DNA from: Verrucomicrobiia bacterium
Lineage (GTDB): Bacteria; Patescibacteriota; Saccharimonadia; Saccharimonadales; JAGQNK01
Reading direction: 5' to 3'
Assembly: GCA_035489575.1 (NCBI GenBank)
Contig: DATHJY010000004.1
Span: forward strand, 27,483 to 91,482
DNA: 64,000 bases
Shown: in pieces, positions 35,939 to 43,824 of the stretch
Numbering within the stretch: position 1 is the stretch's first letter
How the letters are laid out: each line of letters begins with the position of its first letter
The notes under the pieces: model-generated
What the model was told of the DNA's origin: nothing
Databases searched by the model: none
What the model saw: only the letters and a program-made list of their open reading frames with translations
Made by a program: the position numbers and the translations under genes

Positions 35939-36709
35939 ATGATCGGTCAACTTACAGAAACAGCCCCTGGAATATATGTCCCAGACGTGCACGACGATAT
36001 AGTTGTTGCGCATAGCGACAGGCGAAACGGCAATATAGATCCACGCTTTGTAGAAGGAGACGAGTGGACTGAAGCCCGTCAGCGTCTGTTCGAGCAAGCC
36101 GGTTTGCATGCCGGCCAGGTTGCCGTTATTGGTTTTGCCAAGGGCCGAGGTCCCAGCAATGAATTTGTAGATTTGGGAGATGCCGAACCGCCCGAGAGGC
36201 CAGTGGTTACAGACGGATTGGTAACAACCCGACCAGGCGTAGGCCTGATGCTCAACCCCGCAGACTGCCTAGCCTTGGCCCTATATCATTCTGATAGACA
36301 GGTACTTATGTTGGCTCATTTAGGATGGCGCGGTATAAAGCTGGGGCTGCATACCAATATGTTGGAGTATGCCGCAGGTGAGTATGATGTGGATACGGAA
36401 CAGGCGGCAGTATACTTCAGCCCCTCGATTGGTCCGCGGTCTTATGTGGCGCCGGATGTTGACGAAGACCAGCGGAACGACCCCAAGTGGGAGGCGTTTA
36501 TCGACGAGCAAACAGATGGCTTTCATCTAGATTTTCCTGGATACGTAAAGCGGGATCTAGGCGAAGACTTTGGTATAACCCAGATCCACGACTCGGGTAT
36601 AGATGTAGGCGCAGATCCTCACCACTTCTCGTTTACGCGGCTTAAGGACGGAACCCAGGACGTCAACGGCCGCAACGGCTTTGTGGTGGCTATACGACCT
36701 GCCGTCTAG
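35939..36709 (+). CDS. YfiH/PgeF (laccase-domain, DUF152) family protein
   Basis: ATG at 35939. Motif NPADCLALALYH.....LMLAHLGWRG matches the family signature aDC.P......HAGWRG. Confidence 0.7.
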   Translation: MIGQLTETAPGIYVPDVHDDIVVAHSDRRNGNIDPRFVEGDEWTEARQRLFEQAGLHAGQVAVIGFAKGRGPSNEFVDLGDAEPPERPVVTDGLVTTRPGVGLMLNPADCLALALYHSDRQVLMLAHLGWRGIKLGLHTNMLEYAAGEYDVDTEQAAVYFSPSIGPRSYVAPDVDEDQRNDPKWEAFIDEQTDGFHLDFPGYVKRDLGEDFGITQIHDSGIDVGADPHHFSFTRLKDGTQDVNGRNGFVVAIRPAV

Positions 36710-37485
36710 TGACGGGGCAAATCTTTGTAGTAGGGCATAGCCTGCAGGCAAGTGTTCAGTAGTTGCCAGAGCTGACGAAAAGCATCAGCCACCATTGGGT
36801 TGGTAATGGTAATAGCGTGTGGTTCGACACCAAATACTATGATCAACAGGGTGTCACCGCTGGCACTCCATTCTACTGGAGCGTTGTAATCTTCTTGCCG
36901 AACCCATGTCCGGTCCATGTTGCTCCGTTTGTCGCCTTTATTTGAGGCGGTTCCAGTACTGAGGTCAGGTGTGATGCCGTAGCGCTTAACGCCATGGCGG
37001 CCAGGGGTAATACGGATATCATGCAATGTTTCAAAGCCCATTACCGGAATATCGGCTCGCGAGCGAATGAAATAGATAGATTGCAGTTGGTTGATCTGCC
37101 GGCGATAAGCATCGGCAACAGCTTGGCGGCCTGTCACTACTTGTATACTGGGCTGCTCGGTGTGGGTGTGGTAGGTGGCTAGCAGATCTTTTAGGACGGC
37201 TTTTACCGCGTCCTCACGGGCGGCGGCCAAGTTGCGTTGGTCGGCTACTAGGTTACCGAGCGCCATCGGGTTGCCTGGTTGATAGGTGGCTTTTTTGGTT
37301 GACTCGTCCTTGATGGCAAGCCCAAGTTCTACAAGTTTATCCAGCAGTTTATAGGCATTGGTGCGGGTTATCTTGAGATTCTGGGCGGCCTGGGGCGGGG
37401 TAACGCCCCCGGTTTGGAGTAACAGGGCATAGGCCTCCGCCTGAGGGGCGGTTAAGCCGGTTGCGATCAATTTCTCTGGGGCCAT
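36706..37485 (-). CDS. TrmB-family transcriptional regulator
   Basis: Start at ATG 37485. N-terminal winged-helix region LTAPQAEAYALLLQTGGVTPPQAAQNLKITRTNAYKLLDKLVELGL is typical of TrmB-like HTH. Confidence 0.7.
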   Translation of the reverse strand: MAPEKLIATGLTAPQAEAYALLLQTGGVTPPQAAQNLKITRTNAYKLLDKLVELGLAIKDESTKKATYQPGNPMALGNLVADQRNLAAAREDAVKAVLKDLLATYHTHTEQPSIQVVTGRQAVADAYRRQINQLQSIYFIRSRADIPVMGFETLHDIRITPGRHGVKRYGITPDLSTGTASNKGDKRSNMDRTWVRQEDYNAPVEWSASGDTLLIIVFGVEPHAITITNPMVADAFRQLWQLLNTCLQAMPYYKDLPRH

Positions 37486-37513
37486 ATCTAAAATTCTAGC
37501 ACAAAACAGGAAA

Positions 37514-37536
37514 AATGTGAATACTATATTCACATT
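37514..37536. promoter_or_regulatory. perfect 10-3-10 palindrome, candidate operator in the divergent promoter region
   Basis: AATGTGAATA cta TATTCACATT lies between the TrmB-like gene start (37485) and the consensus promoter at 37584. Confidence 0.4.
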
Positions 37537-37583
37537 AGTAATATGCTAAAGTGTTATAATTGACTCAGTACGTGAAAGATGTA

Positions 37584-37612
37584 TTGACATATAAGTAAAT
37601 TTTTAGTATAAT
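37584..37612 (+). promoter_or_regulatory. consensus sigma70 promoter
   Basis: TTGACA (37584-37589), 17 nt, TATAAT (37607-37612). Confidence 0.6.
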
Positions 37613-37712
37613 ACTGCCTGTTTTGTTGAGATATTCGGCGGAACGTTCGTTTCAGACAGACTACACTGATTGGCCCCACATGTCAGTTGGTGACCACGAC
37701 GAAAGAGGAGTC

Positions 37713-38075
37713 ATGATTTTCATCGATTACCAGAACGGCGTTCGGGTTTCGGGCCTTCCCAAGATCGATCGCCTCGTCGAACGGCTCAGTGCTGCCCTCT
37801 TGGCCACCGGCACGCCCGGCAGCTTCGAGCAGACCAAGCCCAACGAGGCCATCTACAAGTACGACAGTGGGAAGTCGCTGACGCCCGAGGCAATCGCTCT
37901 GCGCATCCACGCCATGGTCAAGCTGGTGCTGGGCCCCGACACCGAGGTTGAGTACCGCGCTAACGACGATCGCCAGCTCATCATCAAGGCTGATGGCAGT
38001 CAATGGACGCATCGCGACGCCAGTGGCATGTGGTACTTGGACGACAAAGACCCCATCGGCTACCACTGCGAGTGA
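37713..38075 (+). CDS. hypothetical protein on a high-GC islet
   Basis: ATG at 37713 preceded by AGAGGAG. 120 aa, G/C-rich third positions, no family recognised. Confidence 0.45.
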   Translation: MIFIDYQNGVRVSGLPKIDRLVERLSAALLATGTPGSFEQTKPNEAIYKYDSGKSLTPEAIALRIHAMVKLVLGPDTEVEYRANDDRQLIIKADGSQWTHRDASGMWYLDDKDPIGYHCE

Positions 38076-38081
38076 GGACAT

Positions 38082-38124
38082 GACGGGTGCGTGCTAGTGC
38101 TATATGTGCGACCACGCACCCGTC
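38082..38124 (+). terminator. strong GC hairpin after the high-GC ORF (no U-tract)
   Basis: Perfect 12-bp stem GACGGGTGCGTG (38082-38093) / CACGCACCCGTC (38113-38124). Confidence 0.45.
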
Positions 38125-38173
38125 ACCCCACCCCACTAGTCTGTCTGAAACATTTCACTCTTCTGATGCGCCA

Positions 38174-38337
38174 AGAGCCTGTTCCAGATCTCCAATTCCG
38201 CCCCAAAACCGCCCATTCCGGTAACAATCCGCCCTGGTTTCTGAGCCGTAACTATGGTTACGCCTCAAAACCCAGAACGAATTCTTTCTCGAAATGGATC
38301 GATTTTGGGATCGGAAGCGAGATCTGGAACAGGCTCT
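38174..38337. repeat. long inverted repeat enclosing ~90-125 nt (MITE-like element or large RNA stem)
   Basis: Perfect 19-nt arms AGAGCCTGTTCCAGATCTC (38174-38192) / GAGATCTGGAACAGGCTCT (38319-38337). Pairing extends inward (TTCCG/CGGAA, CCCAAAA/TTTTGGG). Confidence 0.5.
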
Positions 38338-38407
38338 AACCAGCGAAGTCAGGACTGACGAGCCGAAAACGGCGAAAGTGATAACAATGAATAAAGAAGG
38401 ATCATAT

Positions 38408-38710
38408 ATGGAGTCACCGGCCCCAAAGAATGCAGCCAAGCGATTGTCTCTATCGACAGGGAAGTATGTGCTTGCTCCTGCCAATCGGCTGCGGCTTATT
38501 GAGCTTGCCGAACAGAGAGGACCAGGTGACCCGCGGTTTGTATCATTTAGCTTACAGTCAGGACTGGAGGTGACGGCGTGGTATGTGGGGAAAACAGAGC
38601 TACCAGATGGCAGCACGGCCCTCCGCTATCACGTGCAGACAGAGGAGAGTAAGGTTTTACCAGCCCTCCTGGACAACGATGAGCCACTATTAGAAATTAT
38701 AAAAAACTAG
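38408..38710 (+). CDS. hypothetical protein (first gene of a four-gene operon)
   Basis: ATG at 38408 preceded by AAGAAGGA. The upstream part of ORF 38294-38710 overlaps the inverted repeat. The opposite-strand ORF 38155-38616 is not favoured. Confidence 0.4.
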   Translation: MESPAPKNAAKRLSLSTGKYVLAPANRLRLIELAEQRGPGDPRFVSFSLQSGLEVTAWYVGKTELPDGSTALRYHVQTEESKVLPALLDNDEPLLEIIKN

Positions 38711-38720
38711 GAGAAAAGAC

Positions 38721-39749
38721 ATGGAATCACGAACACCCAACGACAAAGACCCCCAAGCGTTATTGGAGGCGGCCGGCAATCCTGGCGGTGTAGCTTACGA
38801 GATCGCGTCGGAACTTATAGAGTCTGACGTTACGCTTGAAAGTCCGGCAGAGGTGTGGGAAGTGATCCTTCCACGGCGGGGAGCAGTCGAGACACCGCGC
38901 TGGCAACTCAACGAGGAAGCCCCCGGGCGACTCAAGGAGCTGGTTGCCGAACGTTCAGATGAGGTTATGGCTTTGGCGGACGGTTTGCGCCTGCGCCTGC
39001 CTGATTCGTTTCCCGAAAAAGACATAGAAGCCCTCCGGGCCGCCAATCCCGAGGATATCTTGGCTGCGGTAGAACCCGGGGCCAACGAGACGGCCGCCAA
39101 GCGTGGCCAGGTGCTTGCCCAAGCCCTTGAGCAAGCAGAAGTTCCGCTGGACGTCCCTATGTTCTTTGTGGCGACCGATGAATACAAGGTGCCCGTACTC
39201 AGGGCTGATGGCACGCCCAACCCCGAGCAAGCCAAAGCGCGGGCAGTAGCCGATGACTTGCCAGAGGGCGACCTGACGCAGCACCAAATTACCTGCGGTA
39301 CACAAGTAAGATTGGGCTACCGCGTGGCGCAAGAATTCACTGTGCCTGACGTTGGCACTTTTATCGAATACCAAAAAGAAGGTGAACGCGATCGCATAGT
39401 CGTGAAGCCGGCACAGATTGGCAGCGAGGGCGGAACGGTTGCTGGCCTGCTGGCGATCAATCACGTCTATCATGCACTTGAGGACGCCCAGCTGGTACTT
39501 GGCACCAACGGACAATACCGTGAGAAGCTAGCCCTGCAGGGTCAGCTGGCCGCTATCAAGGCTGGAAGCGAATTGGCCCAGGATCCAATTGTGTTTGGAG
39601 ATGAGGCTGGGCTAGAGGTGCCACACCCCGACGCCGAGGGCAATATTGTTACCTTTACCACAGCCGCGCGTGGCGAAGTCGCTTACATAAAAGAAGTAGC
39701 TGCGGCCGGCAAGGTCAGAATAGAAATCGAAGAAGCCCGCGCGGCTTAA
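38721..39749 (+). CDS. hypothetical protein
   Basis: 342 aa with AGGAGA upstream; no family recognised. Confidence 0.55.
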   Translation: MESRTPNDKDPQALLEAAGNPGGVAYEIASELIESDVTLESPAEVWEVILPRRGAVETPRWQLNEEAPGRLKELVAERSDEVMALADGLRLRLPDSFPEKDIEALRAANPEDILAAVEPGANETAAKRGQVLAQALEQAEVPLDVPMFFVATDEYKVPVLRADGTPNPEQAKARAVADDLPEGDLTQHQITCGTQVRLGYRVAQEFTVPDVGTFIEYQKEGERDRIVVKPAQIGSEGGTVAGLLAINHVYHALEDAQLVLGTNGQYREKLALQGQLAAIKAGSELAQDPIVFGDEAGLEVPHPDAEGNIVTFTTAARGEVAYIKEVAAAGKVRIEIEEARAA

Positions 39750-39762
39750 AAGGAACAAATGC

Positions 39763-40512
39763 ATGTCCAGTGAAGTCTTATCCAACCCCAACCACGCCCC
39801 TCTGAGTGACAGTGAAGTTGAGCTGCGCGAGCGGCTGTTAGAAGTTGGATTTCAGATTATAGAAGATGCACCACAAAACCATGTCTCGTACGACATCGAG
39901 GGTGATGGCGAGGCTTTTGCCCTGGGCAGTATCTTCTCATGGGGAGGCGTGGCACCAAGTGGTGACACCTTCTACGACGAACTCAGGCCGCTCTTTCCAG
40001 ATAAATTTACTCCAAGCCGCCGACAGTTCTGCGAAGACCACGGGCTGGGAGTAGAGCGATTGATGGACGAGGGCACCGATCCTCAAGAGGCAACAGAAAA
40101 GCTCGTAACATGGTTGAACGAACAGACAGAAAAGACCGGTAAAAAGCCACTGATGGTCGGGCAGGCGATTGCCTGGGACTACAGTATGACCCACGCTTAC
40201 TTTGCCAACTATGGCATAGACGATCCTTTTGGCCGCACGCCCAAGCCGCTCGATATCTGTGGCGAGGCTTTTGCGGGAGTTGCTGGCTATGACATGAAGC
40301 AGACGGGTAAGGAAGACTTTCCGCGGTTCATCTGGCCGGACCAAGAGTTTCCGCATCAGGCATTAGAAGATTCCAAGATACAAGGCGTACTGCATGCCGG
40401 GGTGCTAGCCCTAGATGCGACCCTGCGCAATTCGGACCTAGCCCAAGACCTTGGGCTAGAGCCAGCCCTGCGGGCCCGCGGGTTTGAGGCTATGGCTAAC
40501 CAAATTAGGTAA
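39763..40512 (+). CDS. DEDDh-type 3'-5' exonuclease-like protein
   Basis: Candidate Exo I (SYDIEGDG), Exo II (AIAWDYSMTHAYF) and Exo III (FPHQALEDS) motifs in the correct order. Confidence 0.55.
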   Translation: MSSEVLSNPNHAPLSDSEVELRERLLEVGFQIIEDAPQNHVSYDIEGDGEAFALGSIFSWGGVAPSGDTFYDELRPLFPDKFTPSRRQFCEDHGLGVERLMDEGTDPQEATEKLVTWLNEQTEKTGKKPLMVGQAIAWDYSMTHAYFANYGIDDPFGRTPKPLDICGEAFAGVAGYDMKQTGKEDFPRFIWPDQEFPHQALEDSKIQGVLHAGVLALDATLRNSDLAQDLGLEPALRARGFEAMANQIR

Positions 40513-40530
40513 TGAAGAGGAGGCAAGAAC

Positions 40531-40758
40531 ATGGCAAAAGAAGGATTTTCTGAAGCTACAGAGGGATTGCTGCACGAAGTAGATGAACACTCTCGCCGAG
40601 TGTTGCTTGGTGATTTCAGATTTAGCTCTATTCCAGAGGCAGAGCGTACCGGACTTGACGAAGAGACTACCGTCGTTGCACGGGGTGAAGACTGGACACA
40701 GTACAGCGATGGGGAAGTACTATACTGGGACGACGGTATCCCATTCTATCTAGAGTAG
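40531..40758 (+). CDS. small acidic hypothetical protein
   Basis: 75 aa, with GAAGAGGAGG upstream of the ATG. Confidence 0.45.
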   Translation: MAKEGFSEATEGLLHEVDEHSRRVLLGDFRFSSIPEAERTGLDEETTVVARGEDWTQYSDGEVLYWDDGIPFYLE

Positions 40759-40763
40759 AACAT

Positions 40764-43580
40764 CTAAGACGTCTTTTCTTGGAGCAGGTTCAAAACATGG
40801 TCACGGGTGTGGCCATGTTTTTTGCTGTAGCGTTGTATTTCGCGGATAGCCAAAAATGTGCTGGCAGCGCCCAGGGCAAGCAGCCAGTCTACAACGTCCA
40901 AAGGTCCGGTGCGGAAGTAAGGTGACAAAAGTGGGCTGTAGATAATAGCCACAATACAGAGTGTTGAGCCAGCAAAGGCAATCCACAGCTGCTTGTTATG
41001 GAACTGGTAGCGGGTAAAGAAGCCCTTGCTACTGCGTCGCTGCAAGATGTTGGCAAACTGACACAGCACGATGGTCAGGTAGGTGACGGTCGTGGCTTGT
41101 AGGTGAATAAGCGAATTTGTGTCCAGTGCGGTCGGGTCGACACCCCGGCGAATAATGGCGAACAAATAATTGGCAAACGCCAGGCTGCCGATGATCAGTC
41201 CGCAGATGATCAGATCCTGGATAGAACCACGGTTGAGGATGTGCAGGCGTGGGTTACGGGGCTGTTCTTTCATGACCTCGTGGTCGGCCTTGTCCCAGCC
41301 CAGGGCGGCAATAGGGAACAGCTCGGCTATCAGGTCAATGGCCAGAATTTGCATGACAGACAGGGCCAACGGCACACCCAGAATAGCCGCAGCTGCCAGA
41401 CTGGTCAGGTTCACCACCAGCTCGGCCAAGTTGCTGGTAAAGCAGCTGAGGGTGCCTTTTTTGATGTTCTGAAAAATAGTGCGGCCTTGCTGCACGGCAC
41501 CCACCAAGGTATGAAAACTATCGTCTAGCAGGACGATCTCGGCAGATTGTTTGGCGACATCGGTGCCGGTGATGCCCATGGCTACGCCAATATCGGCCCG
41601 CTTGAGTGCTGGGGCGTCGTTGATGCCATCGCCCGTAACGGCCACGATGTGGCCACTGTTTTTGACCAGCCCCACGATACGCAGCTTGTCCTCTGGGCTG
41701 ACTCGACTAAAGACCATGCCGCCGCGGATAGCCAGACCCAACACTTGCTCATCGGTGAGGTGTCGCAGTTCTTCGCCGGTGATAACCTTGATATCTTCTG
41801 GTTTGTCAGCTAATTTGGCTTTGACTGCAATAGCCTGAGCGGTGGTAGCAAAGTCGCCGGTAATAATAGCTACCCGGATGTTGGCGGCTCGGGCAGCAAC
41901 CATGGCCTCGGCTACGTCTTCGCGGATGGGGTCTATCATAGACACCATACCCAGGTACACCATGCGATCCTCGGCGTCCTCCATCTTTAGTGACTTTGGG
42001 TTAGTTTTGTCGGGCAGTAAGCGGTAGGCCAGGGCCAGGTTGCGCATGGCAGCGGTGGCTTGGCGCTGATGTGTGGCCAAGATGTCTTTGCGTTCTTTGG
42101 CGGTTAGCTTGCGGATATGGCCGTGATCCCATACGTCGTCACAGTGTTCTAGAATGCTTTCCGGCGCACCTTTGGCAAATAAAAAGAGTTGTTTGTCAGG
42201 ACCGTACTGCCTGACAGAACTCATGCGCTTGCGGGCAGAGTCAAAGGCAAATTCTTTGAGTTCCGGGTAGGCATGGTCTAGTTCGATGGGATTCAGGCCG
42301 GCCTTGTTGGCGAGGGTGATCAAGGCACCTTCGGTGGGATCGCCTATGACATACCAGCCGGCGTGTTGGTCGTCTGGCGCGCTGACGCGGGCATTGCTGG
42401 CAAAGGTGCCTGCCAAAAAGAATAACTCGAGGTCTTTCAGTGTCTGAGCTGCCAGGGGTTTGCTCTTGGCGTCTGTCACATGCCCATTTGCTATGTAGCC
42501 GCCACCAGTAACGGGGTACTGGTTCTTGCCGATGAACAGTTGCTCTACGGTCATCTCGTTCTTGGTCAGTGTGCCGGTTTTGTCAGTACAGATAATGCTG
42601 GTGGCGCCCAGGGTTTCTACGGCGGACAACTTTTTGACCAATGCTTTGGCTTTCACTAGCTTGTCGGCAGCTTGGGCCAGGGAAGTGTTGATCTCGGCCG
42701 GTAGCCCTTGGGGAATGAGCGAGCTCGCAATACCGATAGCAAACAGCAGGGCTTCTTTGATGCCCAGGTCTGCCTGGATGGCAATTGGCAACAAAATGGT
42801 ACACAGCACCATGGTGCCCTGGGTGACGCGCTTGGCCACGTGGTTGAGCTCGCGCTGCAAGGGGCTGAGGTCGCTCGTAACATCTGCACTCAGGGAGGCA
42901 ATGCGTCCCAGCTCGGTCTGCATGCCAGTGCCAATGACCACACCATAGCCATGGCCCAGGGCTACGGTAGTGCCCATGAACACTATGTTGTGTCGGTCGC
43001 CCAGTTCGACATGGCTAGCAATGGCGTGGGTGAATTTGCGCGACGGCTGGCTTTCGCCGGTTAGGGCAAAGTCGTTGGTGGCTAGTTCAGATTCTTCTAT
43101 CAGGCGTAGGTCTGCCGGCACTGAGTCGCCCTCTTCTATATAAACAATGTCACCAGGCACCAGGGTAGTGGCGTCGATCTCTGTCAGTTTGCCTTCGCGC
43201 AGGGCTTTGGCCCGGGTGACTACCAGCTTTTCCAGGCTGTCCATCAGTTTCTCGGCTTTGAACTCTTGTGTAAACCCAATCAGGGTATTCAACATGACTA
43301 GAGCCAGTAGGATAATACCGGTGCGGCGGTCGCCCAAAACCGTAAAGGCCAGGAGGCTGCTTGTCAGCAGCAGAACAATCATGAGGTCTTTGAACTGGCG
43401 TATGTATTTGCGCCAGGCAGGGTCTTTGTGGGCCTGGGCCAGACGGTTATAGCCGTATTGGTCTAGGCGGCCAGTGGCGTCCTTGTTGGTCAGGCCTTTT
43501 GCCGTGGTCTGTAGTTGCTTTAATACGCCACTCACCTCGAGCCGGTAGAACGACAGCTTGTCTTCTGGTAGAGAACTCAT
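40764..43580 (-). CDS. P-type cation-transporting ATPase (type II, Ca2+/Mg2+-like)
   Basis: 938 aa with the phosphorylation motif ICTDKTGTLT, TGES (LTGES), the hinge TGDGINDAPALK and ~10 TM segments. Confidence 0.93.
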   Translation of the reverse strand: MSSLPEDKLSFYRLEVSGVLKQLQTTAKGLTNKDATGRLDQYGYNRLAQAHKDPAWRKYIRQFKDLMIVLLLTSSLLAFTVLGDRRTGIILLALVMLNTLIGFTQEFKAEKLMDSLEKLVVTRAKALREGKLTEIDATTLVPGDIVYIEEGDSVPADLRLIEESELATNDFALTGESQPSRKFTHAIASHVELGDRHNIVFMGTTVALGHGYGVVIGTGMQTELGRIASLSADVTSDLSPLQRELNHVAKRVTQGTMVLCTILLPIAIQADLGIKEALLFAIGIASSLIPQGLPAEINTSLAQAADKLVKAKALVKKLSAVETLGATSIICTDKTGTLTKNEMTVEQLFIGKNQYPVTGGGYIANGHVTDAKSKPLAAQTLKDLELFFLAGTFASNARVSAPDDQHAGWYVIGDPTEGALITLANKAGLNPIELDHAYPELKEFAFDSARKRMSSVRQYGPDKQLFLFAKGAPESILEHCDDVWDHGHIRKLTAKERKDILATHQRQATAAMRNLALAYRLLPDKTNPKSLKMEDAEDRMVYLGMVSMIDPIREDVAEAMVAARAANIRVAIITGDFATTAQAIAVKAKLADKPEDIKVITGEELRHLTDEQVLGLAIRGGMVFSRVSPEDKLRIVGLVKNSGHIVAVTGDGINDAPALKRADIGVAMGITGTDVAKQSAEIVLLDDSFHTLVGAVQQGRTIFQNIKKGTLSCFTSNLAELVVNLTSLAAAAILGVPLALSVMQILAIDLIAELFPIAALGWDKADHEVMKEQPRNPRLHILNRGSIQDLIICGLIIGSLAFANYLFAIIRRGVDPTALDTNSLIHLQATTVTYLTIVLCQFANILQRRSSKGFFTRYQFHNKQLWIAFAGSTLCIVAIIYSPLLSPYFRTGPLDVVDWLLALGAASTFLAIREIQRYSKKHGHTRDHVLNLLQEKTS

Positions 43581-43618
43581 ATCCGTCAGTAAGTATACAG
43601 TAACAAAGCATAACCAAA

Positions 43619-43647
43619 TTGACTTAAATGCTAATGTTTGTTATAAT
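43619..43647 (+). promoter_or_regulatory. consensus sigma70 promoter upstream of polA
   Basis: TTGACT (43619-43624), 17 nt, TATAAT (43642-43647). This implies a ~170-nt leader before the polA ATG. Confidence 0.5.
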
Positions 43648-43824
43648 ATACTCAACAAACTGAAACAAAATGTATGATCATAAGAGACGTCGTCCCGCAG
43701 CAGAGCGCAGGTCCATAAGGCATATTCCGGCAAACATAACCCTGACCTAGACTAGCCTACAGAACACCTGGTTTTTCAGGGTAGCCGGGTATACACCCCT
43801 TGCGGAACGGGTATACTGGTATAT

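Noticed and set aside
38155-38616. 153-aa reverse-strand ORF and the 38091-38339 forward ORF across the long inverted repeat
   Set aside because: Both are created by the palindromic element and the GC-rich flanks and have no RBS. The forward operon model starting at 38408 has SD sequences and tight spacing.
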